Positions 12,932 to 24,630 of a DNA stretch of 64,000 nucleotides are shown here, in pieces. Position 1 is the stretch's first letter. The number at the start of each line of letters is the position of its first letter. The stretch lies in the NCBI GenBank assembly GCA_028534125.1, contig CM052816.1, forward strand, positions 1,798,001 through 1,862,000. The letters run 5' to 3'. The DNA comes from Lama glama (taxonomy: Eukaryota). A program made the translations under genes and the position numbers. The notes beneath the pieces are model-generated. The model searched no databases. It worked only from the letters and a program-made list of their open reading frames with translations, and was not told the DNA's origin.

Positions 12932-13355
12932 GGATGTCCCTAGAGATTGTCATTCTAGGTGAAGTAAGCCAGAAAGAGAAAGAAAAATGCTGTATGAGAT
13001 CACTCATATGTGGAATCTGAAAAATTTTAGAAAATGAACATAAATACAAAACAGACTCATAGACATAGAATACAAACTTGTGGTTGCCAATGGGGAGGGG
13101 GGTGGGAAGAGAGACTGGGAGTTCAAAATGTGTAGATACTGACAGGCATATGCAGAATAGATAAACAAGATTATACTGTACAGCAGAGGGAAATATATAC
13201 AAGATCTAGTGGTAGCTCACAGCGAAAAAGAATGCGGCAATGAATACATGTATGTTCATGTATAACTGAAAAATTGTGCTCTACACTGGAATTTGACACA
13301 ACATTGTAAAATGACCATAACTCAATTAAAAAAAGTTTTTTTAAAAAAAGAAAAA
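12932..13355 (+). mobile_element. Lineage-specific (camelid-type) L1 3' end; 5' part lost in the gap
   Basis: Encodes L1 ORF2 C-terminus MSLEIVILGEVSQKEKEKCCMRSLICGI* (stop ends 13020), then a full 3' UTR ending aatttgacacaacattgtaaaatgaccataactcaattaaaaaaa and an A-rich tail. Confidence 0.93.
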
Positions 13356-13549
13356 GCAGAGGGTGTATTACAAGCATAGGGCAGTGTCTCCAGAAACTCA
13401 TGGAGGAGGAGCTCATCTAGGTTCCTTCTTAGGCAAAGTGACCCCCAATGAGCATAATTTAACAAACTACATGATGCTGTAGTCAGAGCTATTAAGTCTC
13501 CAACTGCGCCAGTCTAGGTGGGAAGGAATGCAGCTTGCTGCTAGCACCT

Positions 13550-13680
13550 GTGGTAAGAACACTTAGGATTTGACTGCCAGCTCAGGGTGACTCAATGGTG
13601 TGATGTGACTGCCAAAAAATCCAGTGTAATCTTGAGCTGCATCAGTAAAACAGGAGGTGATAGTGCTGCCTTCAGTTCAG
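13550..13680 (+). mobile_element. L3/CR1 LINE ORF2 fragment
   Basis: caatggtgtgatgtgactgccaaaaaatccagtgtaatcttgagctgcatcagta resembles the CR1 SQQCD.AAKKANAILGCI region. Confidence 0.65.
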
Positions 13681-14578
13681 GCATCATGAACAGAGACGGT
13701 GAACACAGAAGGGTGGCCAAGGTGGACTCAAAATCAGGCTCCATGGGGAATGGTGGGAGTACCTGAGATATTGCTGTTGGGCTCCTTTTGGGGGATTGGT
13801 GAGAATTTCCAGGACTTGGGCTTATCAGTGCGGAGTCTGGGGTTAGAACCTGATTTGAAACCTCAATTTAGCCACTTTCTGTCTTTTTCCTACATGGTAG
13901 GAATGTCCTAAGCACTTCACATGAAGTGTCTGATTGAATCCTCACACAATCCTCTAAAGGAGCATCATCTTTAACCCTGTTTTACAGATTTTAAAAAACC
14001 AAAGAACAGAAAGGTTAACTTACCTGAGGTCACACAGCTAGCAAGTTGAAAAACTGGGTTTTGAAGGCAAGAATACACTTACTTTGCTCTGCCCCTAATC
14101 AGCTGTATGTCCTTCAATCTTGTCACCTCCTCTCATCATGCCTCAGTTCGCCCAACTGGAGTGTGGAGTAAACAACCTTTGTCCTGGAGGCACGCGGTGT
14201 AGCTGAAATTGTTACTGATATGGAAGGCTTGGGGAACATTTACAATGATGTACCAAAGGATGTTTTATGACCTTAGCCTACAGAGGCCTTGCAGGGCAGA
14301 GATGAGGGCGGAATGCCCCTCCCACACACAGGGCATTCATCCTGGTTGTCCCTTATTTGCTCAGTCCAAACCCTCTGGCCCAATTCACCTTTATAACCAC
14401 TCCCCAGCAGCCAGTAGGAGTTGACACACTTTTTGGATGTTTCAGGACCAAAACTCAACCCAGCTCAGGATATCATCTTCCTGATTCATAGCTCGCTTCT
14501 GCAGCGACAGTGCACATCCCATGCAGAAGTAGTTCCATCCGAAGCCGTTCCCTGGGCGTCGTTCTCATTGTCTAGTGC

Positions 14579-14933
14579 TGTGTGAGGAACCACCTCATAG
14601 CACGGAGACTGTCAGCTGAGGGCTGCTGAAGAGGGATCCGAGGAGGTGAGATGCCCAACTGGAAAAACGGAGGAGGAGCCGGCATGGAGCGAAACAGCAC
14701 TTTATTCAGTACAAGCGGGTGGTGCGCGCGGCAGACGGCGGCAGACGTGGCGGCAGCTCCGCTCAGCACCTTCCTCTAGTTCAACAAGACGGCGCGCCCC
14801 CGGCATGGCGCACTTGTCCTTTTTATAGATCTAGTTTTCCCGCGCATGCGTATTGTTCATAATGCCGAATCACACCACTGGCGCATGCGTAGTGTTTATG
14901 CTGCTGGCGCATGCGTACATTTACCTCTTACCA
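14579..14933 (-). mobile_element. CpG-rich, probably young endogenous retrovirus solo LTR (355 bp)
   Basis: Minus strand reads TGGTAAGAGG...CCTCACACA (TG...CA termini). TATAAAA at 14826-14820 and AATAAA at 14706-14701 lie in U3-R-U5 order. Flanks are agtgc (14574-14578) and ggtgc (14934-14938). No PBS or PPT adjacent. About 27 CpG by hand count. Confidence 0.85.
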
Positions 14934-14999
14934 GGTGCAAGAGCTTGTGAACTTTGGCCTGGGCCCCAGAGCCTATTCACTTAAGGCTAAGGGCAGAGA

Positions 15000-15520
15000 C
15001 CTAAAACCAAAACGTTCATTTTGCTCACAAATCTGCAGCCTGGCCAGGGCTTGGTGGGGACAGCTCATCTCTGCCCTACTCCGTGTCTGCTGCGGTGGCT
15101 TAAAGGGAGGGCGTTTAGCCTCCCTCACTCTCCATTTGGTGCCTGCAGTGGGAAGACTCAAAGGTCTGGGGGCTGGGAGAGCTGGGGCTCTGGCCCTGAG
15201 GGGGTCACCCCACCTGCTCGCTCCAGTGTGGCAGCCACAGAGTAACCAGACAACTCACATGTTGGGTCATGGCTCTCTGGCGCAGGTCCCGAGGCAGAGG
15301 GAGAGAACCCGGCAGACGCTTCCATAACCTCAGAAGTCACCTAGCGTTACTTCCATCATACTCTCTTGGCCAAGGGGATGACCAAGGCACATCCTGCTTC
15401 AAGAGGAGGGACTCTGAACCCAATGGTCAATAGAGAAGTGTCACCGTCACATGAGAAAAGTAGCCTGTGGGATGCAACAGACATTGACATGGCCACACTT
15501 GGGCAATACCATCTGTCACA
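15000..15520 (-). mobile_element. MaLR LTR (MLT1G/H-like)
   Basis: ttttgctcacaaatctgcagcctggccagggcttggtgggacagctcatctctgc ... cctcagaagtcac ... gggcaataccatctgtcaca. Confidence 0.7.
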
Positions 15521-17045
15521 GGCACTCATTATGTTCCAAGCACGGAGCTTAGTGCTTCACTATCATTATGCATCGTTATCATTAAACTCACCCCCAAGTC
15601 CTGTCCCAGTGGGCACAAGTATCTCATTTTACAAAAGATGGGAGACTGAGATACAGACAGGTTAGCAACTCGCCCCACCAAGTCACGTGCCAGCCCTCAG
15701 GGGAGCTGGGAATGAGCCCGCAGTGTGTTTGACCGTGAAACCAGGGAAACACAGGAGGCAAAGACGCCCCCTTCCATGAAGGAACCCACGGGGTAGCAGC
15801 CACGTGACAAAGTGGTGAACTGTGGGGGCCTTGACATCAGCCTGTTGGGGTTCACATCCAGGCCCTTCCATGTCCCACTGCACAACCTTGCACAAGCTCT
15901 TCCCTCTCAGAGCGTTCGTGTGTTCATTAGTAAAGTGGGCACAACGGTTGTGTGAGAATTAATTGAGACGGTGCAGGTAAAATGCTTCACACGTTGCCTG
16001 GAATCCAGGGAGGACTCTATAATTGTCGGCTGTTACTATTTTAAAAGCAGCCCAAGAAAGATATCTTTAGAAGACCAATCCGCTACGGCAAACAAAATTA
16101 TGTGTCATACCCTCAAAGCCCAGCAAACGCTTTTTGATCGTTGTCGTCATTACTGACCTTGTGTAGAGCAGAGGCGGCAGCCCATGGGCCCGGGCAGTCC
16201 TGCCCCCTCCTTCCTGGCCTCGAATACACCAGGCTGGTGGTGCTGTGTCCAGAGCCACTTAGAGTCCTTCCTGGGAGGGGGACATGGGCCGACTCAGCTG
16301 GGAGGGCATCCAGTGACTCATTAAGTCTCAGGAGCTGATTAAATGCCCTCAGGTCCCCGGAAGGGAGCTAACACCCAGGAGACCGGAGGATCTCTCCTCA
16401 CCCCAGGTCCCCAGTGACTTCTCAGACAGGAGAACACAGACAGGAAAATTAGCAGGGTTTCCATGTCAGCAGGGTGTTAGTCATTCTGAGCACAAGTATC
16501 TCCAGCTTTAAAAAGAAGAGTTTTCAGGTCACTTCTGAATATTCAAACTCCTCCATTCCCATGGCTTCAATTACCTCCCAGAGTAAATGAGTCCCAAATC
16601 CATGTCTCAATCCAGAATATTTTCCCAGAGCTGGAGACTGGCCACCACTGTGATGCCCCACAGGTCCTCGAATTTAGCACGTCCCCACCACCACCTTGGA
16701 CCCAGCTCTGTCCCCTTGCCTAAACCAAGCTCTCCTCCAGGACTCCTGGTGACGATTTCCATGGTACACCCAGGAATCCAGCTCGCCCTGCCCTGCCCAC
16801 CCCCAGGTAACCCATCACAAGTTGTTTCTACCTCCTGTGCCTCCCCTCTGCCAGATAAGCTTAAAGAGCATCCCAAACACTCCTGAGCCCCTCTCTGTCC
16901 TTCTCCAGGTCTTTCCCTCCCTGCTGCTGTAAGGACTCTGTGAGGCACAAACACGGCATGGGCACTCTGAGACTCCCCCTTGCCTTCAGATAAAATCCAC
17001 GCTCCTTCGTACGGCTCCCAGGCCTTGCTTGCTCTGGCCGCTGCC

Positions 17046-17120
17046 TGCAACGGGCTGAACTGTGTCCCCTGCAAAATTCATAGGTTGAAGCCCATTCCCT
17101 ACTACCTCAGAGTGGGATTC
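17046..17120 (+). mobile_element. MaLR LTR 5' fragment (MLT1A-like)
   Basis: gggctgaactgtgtcccctgcaaaattcataggttgaagccc...tacctcagagtg. Confidence 0.7.
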
Positions 17121-19279
17121 TAGGGCAAAAGAAAGCCATTCTCTCATAAATCTGTGTTTCTTGGGCTTCCATGTTGACTGTAAACATTGGGGATGCCTGT
17201 GGGCCCTAAATGGAAGGTGACTGACGCTGATTTGGTTCAGGCCCTAGAGCCCCCGTTTAACATGTAATAACATGATGGGCTTAGAGCCACATTTTGGGTT
17301 TGTTGACTCAGGTCAGGGAAGCCCCAGCCCCAGCCAGAACTTCCAGCCCTGTTAGCTGCCAGGCCACCTCCACAATGTCCATCAAGACGTCCTGTGTCTC
17401 CAGTGCACTGGAACACGAATCCATTCTGGGCTTGAGCACCGAGATTCACTGGTGGAAGTGCCTTCCACCCCCACCACTGGAGGATGGGCCCAGATTCTGG
17501 GTGCAACCCCCCTGCACCCCATCAGCTCAGCTCGGCATGCACTGGCCCCTTCTAGAGCGGAAAGTAGCTTCACCCTTAAGTCCCTCTTTGGCTGAGTGTC
17601 CCCTGCCAGATATTGGGCTTCCTGCATTTTACCTGAACGGGGTGAATCTGGGTAGTAGAATGATGGGGCTCCTTGAGGGCAAAGAGTGTATCTGTTTTCT
17701 TCCTTGCTGTTTCTGCAGTGCCTTGAACACTGCCTGGTACAGAACAGGTGCTGGATGTATGTTAAATAAATAGATGGATAACTGAGGGACAGAACGAATG
17801 CAAAGACATGGAGGTGAGTCTCCGCCCTCACCACTACCTTGGAAATTCCCCTCCATCCACAGCAGGAATGCCCTCTGGTGTCCCTCACACCTCCTTTCCT
17901 CTAAATGAGATTTCCACCTGTGCCTGGTCCATCTGTGTGCCCTTGACCCACAAATGTCCCTGCAGGGCCAAGGCGGTTTCTGGTCACCGATGTAAAATGA
18001 GTCAGGATTCCACGGATTCTAAACCCCTATGAACAGGTCCACCCATGGCCTGGGGTTCCTGCCCCCCCGCAGGTGGAGTTCTCAGGTGATGAGAGTCTGA
18101 GGCCAGGACCTGTCTTGGTGTTGGGGACACTCAGGGTCCATCAGCAGCTGCTGCCTGGGGACAGACAGGAGGAAGTGGTGGTGACCTGGAGACTCCAAGG
18201 GCTTGAGGGCAGGGGGCAGTGGAGAGAGCCTCAGGCCAGTAGTCAGGATCCAGCCTCAAGTCCTGGCAAGCTGGTCTGACTTCCTGAGCCTCAGGGACTT
18301 TTCTGGGGCTGTGATGAAAAGCAGAAGAACCAGCAGAGGGAAACATGGTAGCAGTGAGCGGCACTGGCTGCACCGGAATCTTCCAGCTGCCACTTCCTAG
18401 CTACATGACCCCCAACAGTTTTCTAAACCGACCTCCACCTTGTACCTCATTATTGTTTCTGGGTTGGCGCGTGGTTAGTGAGCTGTTATTATTATTAAAT
18501 GGAAAAGAATACAAGCTAGTAACCATTATTATTGTTGTCTTAGGATCTGAAAGTGGTCCTGCCCCCCTGTATTCTCCCCCTCCTGGCCCCCACGTACTTC
18601 GAGGTGGGGGCACACATTAGGAGGCTGCCTTGGGTGTGGCTGGGCTGCTGGGTCAGCGACATCAACTGGTAAATAGGGAGAGGAATGATACTGCAGGTTT
18701 GTCATGAGGTTCAAAGAGCAAACGTGTGGAAAGGTCCCAGCTTGGAGCCTGGAATCCTCCCAGCGGCAGGTACTAAAGCCTTTTCCTTAGTGACTTAGTT
18801 CAGATCCATATGTGAGCTCTGCCTTAAGAGGTTCTAGAATCAAAGAGATGGCAGTTCAAATCCCAGCTCTGCCACCTAGCTGTGTGACCTTAGTCAAGTT
18901 AATTACCCTCTCTGTGCTTCACTTTCCTCTTGCATAAAATGCAAATAATGATAGGTAGCACCAACCTCATATGGTGATGCATTACTGAACCCATCCAGAT
19001 ATCCCCTAAAACCCCATGCTTTCCAGCCTCTCTGCCTTTGCTCTTGGTGGTTCCTTCACCTGTAATGCCCTCTTTACTCATCTTTGCCTGCTGGAATCCT
19101 AACTAATCCTTAGGGCACTGCTCAAAGGGCACCATCTCCATCAGGTGTTTCTAGGTCTCTGTCACAAGTGCCCTCTCCTTCCTTTCAACCTCCCCGACAC
19201 GCTACCCCTTTCTAAGACATCAGCGTGGAGTGATGTGAATGATGCATGTTATTTTATTCCCAGCCCCCTTCTCAACAGC

Positions 19280-19505
19280 AAGCTTTGGAGTCAGACCTGA
19301 ATTTGACTCAAGCTTTTCCGCTTAATAGCTGTGTGATCTCAGCCCAAGTCACTTAAATTCTCTGATCCTCCATTTCCCCATCTCTAACAAGAACATAATA
19401 AAACCCTTATCCTGCAGGGCTTGTGATGACAATGAAAGAAGATAATGCATGTAAAACTTTGAGCACAGCGCAGACCATATCATATGTGCCAGGAAATGTT
19501 ATTTT
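19280..19505 (+). mobile_element. MIR SINE
   Basis: gctttggagtcagacctg...gctgtgtgatct...aagtcacttaaattctctg...gataatgcatgtaaaac. Confidence 0.85.
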
Positions 19506-19842
19506 AAGTATAATGACGAGTAGCACCAGTCGGTGTTGATTCTGAAAGGCCACAACTTGAAATTCTTTCCTCTGGGTTTCTTTCCAGTTGAGGCATCTTC
19601 TAAAATGCAAATCTTGGGGTTTGTTAGTGGTAGCCCCAGGGAGGAGCAGCTGGTTAAGTCTTACTGAGGACTTGGCTGTTCTTTTGACAACAGAACTTTT
19701 TGCCAAAGGAGAGGAGAGAAGGGGAAAGAGCAGAAGCTAGAAGGGGTTCCCAAGGAGACTTGTGCCTACTTCTCAGTCTTGACCGACCTTGGTCCCAAGC
19801 ACAAGGGACCATGACATGAAAGATGGCTCCCACGCGTCAAGG

Positions 19843-19942
19843 NNNNNNNNNNNNNNNNNNNNNNNNNNNNNNNNNNNNNNNNNNNNNNNNNNNNNNNNNN
19901 NNNNNNNNNNNNNNNNNNNNNNNNNNNNNNNNNNNNNNNNNN
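19843..19942. other. Assembly gap (100 N)
   Basis: Run of N. Confidence 1.
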
Positions 19943-20087
19943 GCCTGCAAACCCAGGGGAAAGCAATGCTCACTTTAATTGCTCTGTGAATTCGAGCCTC
20001 CCCTTTTGGTTTAAATCCACCACAGATGTATTACTTTCTCCAGCTCTAGAAACAGGGGTGAGCATTGTTTTTCTTTCTCTTGTCCGA

Positions 20088-20106
20088 TATCGCCCTCTAG
20101 TGGTCT
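20088..20106 (-). promoter_or_regulatory. CTCF-binding motif
   Basis: Minus strand AGACCACTAGAGGGCGATA closely matches the CTCF core CCASYAGRKGGCRS; CpG retained; in non-repeat sequence. Confidence 0.65.
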
Positions 20107-20719
20107 CAACTCTAATTGAAAAATAGCGAAAGCGACCCCACCAGAGACAAGTGTGCCAACCAGAGCCCTTTGCTCCCTCACCCATGTACCCACCCACCCA
20201 GCCAGCCATCCCTATGGCTACCCATTTAGTCATCATCGCTTGAGAGCCCACTGTGTGCCAGACACAAGCCACAAAGATTCTGGATGCCCTAGGTGCTTAA
20301 TGATTCACTTGTTAATATGGAACTTGAGGGTCTGAGGGAGAGGGCCACAGCTGGAGTCCAGAAACCAGGGTCAGAATCCTGGCTCTGCGCCTTCAAGCCG
20401 GAGTGACCTTAGGGATGGAGGTCAGCTCCCTGCTGGACTTGTTTTGTCCCTATGAGGGCAGTAATACCAACTTGCCCATCTCCTTAAATTTTCACAGCCA
20501 GCTTGCCCCTCCACTCCTGGAGTACACAGATTTTCATCACAAAGGAAAGGCAGGGGAACTGATGGGTAAGCCCAGACCATGGCTTCAGAAGCCCTGGGTT
20601 CCACATCCCAATTCTACCAGTTACCTACCTTGTTATTCTGGACAAACGACCTAGCCTCTCTGTCTCTTTTTGCCTTATCTGTAAAATGGGCATAATCACA
20701 GAGTTCAACAAGGTAATTC

Positions 20720-21057
20720 AGGGTCCTCAAACTTTAGTGTAAGCGAAGTGCCCTGGGGATTTGGTTAACAGGGCAGCCCCTTCTCAAACTTATTGGTCCA
20801 GAATCTGGGGCGATGTCCCCAGGCACCTGAGCAGTAACCAAGCTGCCCAGGTGATTCTGATGTACAGCCTCTGACGACAAGTGGGATACAGTTGACCCTC
20901 TTGTCATCAAGCTTGGTTTTAAGCTGCAATCTTTAAAAATACTAATGCCCTCCACCTTTAGATTCTGATAGAATGGGTCCTGGGTGGAGCCTGGCACTGG
21001 GATTTTTAAGAATTCCTGGGGTGATTCTCATTTGTAGCCGTCATTGACAACCACTGC
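20720..21057. mobile_element. Two MER5-type hAT-Charlie relics (about 20720-20885 and 20900-21057)
   Basis: cagggtcctcaaactttagtgt...ccaggtgattctgatgtacagc; and agattctgat...gggtggagcctggcactgggatttttaa...ggtgattct...aaccactg. Confidence 0.75.
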
Positions 21058-22085
21058 CTTAGCCTGGTGCCTGACACAGAGTAAGTCCTTAACACAGGTT
21101 AGAAGAAGCCCTCCCAGCACATCCACATCATGACCGTGCCTGTATCCAACAGCAACACACAGTGAGCCTCTGTCAGGGGCCAGGCAGTGGCAACAGAGGG
21201 GCCATCCAACTGAAACAGCAAAACTCTGCCCTCAGGGAGGTCCCCGTACTGCAGCAGGCAGATGTGTCATTTTGTGCTGGGCCCCCAAGTTCATGTCGCC
21301 CGGGGAGTGGAGGCTGCGTATCACCCAGGGGCTTGTGGGTCATGGTAAGAACTTTGTCTTTTTCTCTGAGATGGGAGGTAGTCACACCTCCCACAATGAC
21401 TTGTCTTGGTAAAGAAGAGCTTCCAAGGTGCCATTTCACCTTCAAAAAAAGGGACTATCCAAAGGTAAGATCTCCATCTCTTTTCCCCTTAGAGGAAGGC
21501 TGTGTGGCTAGGCTAACCTCAGCCTGGATCTCCCCCCACCCCCGACCCCAGCCTCCTCCAAGTGCTGTCCTGAGCCCGCAGCCTCCTTCCTCCCAGCAGA
21601 CCCAGATGGTCAGATGTTTCCAGCTGTCTAGGCAAATGGGGACACTTGCTCTTAATCAGGATTTGAGCTTTGCACCTGCTGCTCTTGGCCAGTGCTGAGC
21701 CTACTTCAGAGGCCAGAGGGTGGAGGGGAAAACCCTTTTTTAATCCCTGCAGCGACTCAGCCAACCTCCAGCTGCTCACTAGCACCCATGAGTGCGGCCA
21801 GGGAAGCCCCGTGAAATCTTGTTAAATCACTGAGAGCGTGGGAGGAGGGAGGGGAGGGAGTTCACCCCTGGTCTTCCAACCTAAAACAACTGCCTCCATC
21901 ACTCTCCTCTCCCTGCGTTGTCTTTACTGAGAGGCCCACCGCAAGCTGACACTTTACGTCTGCTTACTTCTGGTAGTCAGCCTCTCCCGCTGGAATGCAA
22001 ATCCTGTGTTCATCACCAGGGCGTTCGCAGCATCAAGTGTGAACGCGTATGATACCGAGGGGGGTGTTCATTGAATATTCGTTCA

Positions 22086-22108
22086 ATGAATGAATGAATG
22101 AATGAATG
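22086..22108 (+). repeat. (ATGA)n microsatellite at an L2 tail
   Basis: atgaatgaatgaatgaatgaatga follows L2 3'-like sequence. Confidence 0.8.
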
Positions 22109-23649
22109 ACTCCTTTTCACTTGACTCCAGTTAATACCAACTTTGCTGCTACTTAAAGCTCCAGCAAGGGGAGGCGGGGTGGGGGAGAACTGACAGCAGC
22201 AGAACAGGACAGGAGCGTCTCTGTCTTTCCTTCCATAGGGAAGAAAGGCACTGGCTTGTCAGCTGGTAAAGAGGGAGGCCAAGCTGAGTTTGCAGGGCTC
22301 CTTCCCAGAACGGGGAGGGGGAGGGACCGGGATCAAATGGGACCCTAACGGGAAGCCCGGGTACAGCCATCAGAGATGTCCTGTTGGGCCTGTGGGTGTT
22401 TGTTTGTTTGGATGGTTTTTGTTTTTCCACAAATGATGTGATTCTACTTTTAAAACCTAGCCTCCCTGGAAGAGCCTGCTGGCCACAACGGAGCCCCATT
22501 CCTGCACGAGGACAGCGGCCCGTTGCTGTGGGGCTGCTGCCCTTTTCCCCAGGCAGGGCTCTCCGGGATGCCCGCTCCCGGCTGCCCTGCTCCTCACATT
22601 TCCTGGCCGGCCACCAGGGCTCTGCGTCGCTGGCCCCTCCTGTCTCAACCCTGCTGGCTTTCCTCCTGCTCTGGCCCTGGGGGCTTCCACGCCCACTCCC
22701 AGTGACAGAACCCAGGTCGTGCTGGACACCAGACTCCGCCTGGTGGACAAACCCAGCAAGAGCTGCTCTGTCCTCCCAAGGCTGCCAGGCAGGGTGCAGC
22801 CTCCCTGAGCAGCCAAGGGCACCTGGGCACACACAGCATCACTCCTATGCAACCACACAGCGAGGGGGATGTTCTTCTTTCTCCTTCCCTTGCGTGGGAA
22901 TTTGGCCACCAGGGTGATTTTATTCAGGTCACCTTCCCCAGCTCAAAAACCATCAGCCGCCCCCCTTTTTTGCTTAGCCTGGTAGACGTAAACCCCCAGC
23001 CTCCATGATCTCTGGTACCCTCCCCCCTTTATTCCCCACCTGAAGTATTTCTCAGCCAATCTCATTCCTTTTCATTCTTCTCTGTGGCCTCCATCCTGCA
23101 GCCCTGCAAATCGACTCAACTATCTCTGGCACACAGCCTGTTCCTTCTTGTTATTAATAAGGCTGAGAAGAATGGGTAATAAATCAGAACTTGCTTTCAA
23201 AGGTCTTTCACGCCACCAGCCCAGAGCCTCCCAAGAACCATACAAGGTACATGCTGACAGGCAGGGTTTAAGTGACTTCTCTACAGGCAGCAGCTAGTTA
23301 GTGGGTGAGCCAAGTCAGAAACCTATTTTAAGTGCTTTTATTTATATCTTATCAGGAAAGTATCATTTTAAAAACTAAGCGAGTGGGAGAGACAGTCCAG
23401 ATTTTAAAGTATGACTTTATTGCATTTCAAGGGTGAGATTTATTTCCCCTCCTTAGTATTGTAATTAAAGTAAATGAAATAAGATCTTGTATTATATTTG
23501 CCTTTCAAATAACCTTTCAGAGACACCAGCATTGCCCTGCAAAGGGAAAGCCGTCTACTTATTTATTCATTGCATTAAACACCCACTCATTCACTCAATC
23601 AAATTTTCTCAGAAATACAGTTACCACTATTGAGCTGACAATAAATAAT

Positions 23650-23845
23650 AACACTAAATACTTACTAGGCATTTGGCACTTTATATACATGATTTCATTT
23701 CATCCTTGCCTCACCACAACTTATGAGACAGGCAGCATTCTCGCCCCCTATTTTACAGATGAGAAAAGTGAAGTTCAGAGAGGGCTAGTAACTTTCTCAA
23801 GGTCACACAGCTACTGGCAGATCCAAGGTTCAAACTTAGGTCTGT
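23650..23845 (-). mobile_element. MIR SINE
   Basis: tattttacagatgagaaaagtgaagttcagagagg...aaggtcacacagcta. Confidence 0.85.
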
Positions 23846-23979
23846 CTAAATGTTGGCTGTCTAAATGTTGGCTCAGAGCACCATAACCTTGGGAACCATT
23901 ACCCAGAAATTCAAGGGCAGCCAACATGACAAATCTAAAGAGTTTTTCATCACTGGAATATCAAGGAATATCAAACAGC

Positions 23980-24630
23980 AGTGACTGAGTGACCACCTCT
24001 CCTTCTGGAAACGTGTTCTTCTTTCATTATTACCTGGTTATCCTCCTACCCACGTGGCTTGTTTCCACTCAGTCTCCTTTGCTAGCTACCCCTGCTCAAC
24101 ACCCCCTTCAACTGCTCAACTGTCCAAAGCTCTGCCCTTGGCCACTTTTCTACGCACAGTCCTTCATTTGATGATCTCATCCACTCCAGGACTTTAAACT
24201 GCATCAATAAACTGATGAAACCGAGTCTGCAAGTCTGTTCCCAACCTCTCCCCTGATCGTGCCAGCCCGTGGCTGTTGCATTAACCCTCCAAGTCAGCCC
24301 TGGATCCCCCACTCCAAACCCTGTCTCCCCTCAACGTCCCCATTTTAGCAAATGACACCACCTTCCACTTTGTTGCTCAGGCCAAAAATCTGAGTCTTGT
24401 TCTTGATTCTTATCTTTCCCATAGGTTTCACATCCATCATCCATCAACAAGTCCTGTTGCTTTGCCTTCAAAATACGCCCTGAATCCAACCACTTTGTAC
24501 CACTTCTCCAACACCACGTGAGTCTGAGCATCCGTTTTTCTCACCTTCACTCTTATCGTCACCTCCTAAAAGGTCGTTCATCTCCACCCTTGTCCCCGCC
24601 CTCCCTCCAGTCCACTCTCCACGCAACAGT
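23980..24630 (+). mobile_element. L2 LINE ORF2 fragment
   Basis: gatgatctcatccactccagg, gttgctcaggccaaaaatctgagtcttgttcttgattc, ccatcaacaagtcctgttgctttgccttcaaaata. Confidence 0.8.

Noticed and set aside
12277..13202. Long ORFs (247, 296 and 171 aa) in the ORF track
   Set aside because: Artefacts of reading through the 500-N gap; the only real coding remnant is the L1 ORF2 C-terminus.
12322..13364. Similar strings aaaaaagaaaggtagagggtg (about 12323) and aaaaaagaaaaagcagagggtg (about 13343) as a possible L1 TSD across the gap
   Set aside because: Imperfect match, and about 90 bp of non-L1 sequence lies between the left copy and the gap; cannot be tested.
22149..22917. Overlapping 227-, 177- and 150-aa ORFs on both strands
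   Set aside because: GC-rich stop-poor sequence; low-complexity P/G/R/S composition, no recognisable domain, non-ATG starts.
23842..23974. Short tandem duplications (15 bp x2 at 23842-23871; 10 bp x2 at 23955-23974)
   Set aside because: Ordinary slippage duplications without evident function.
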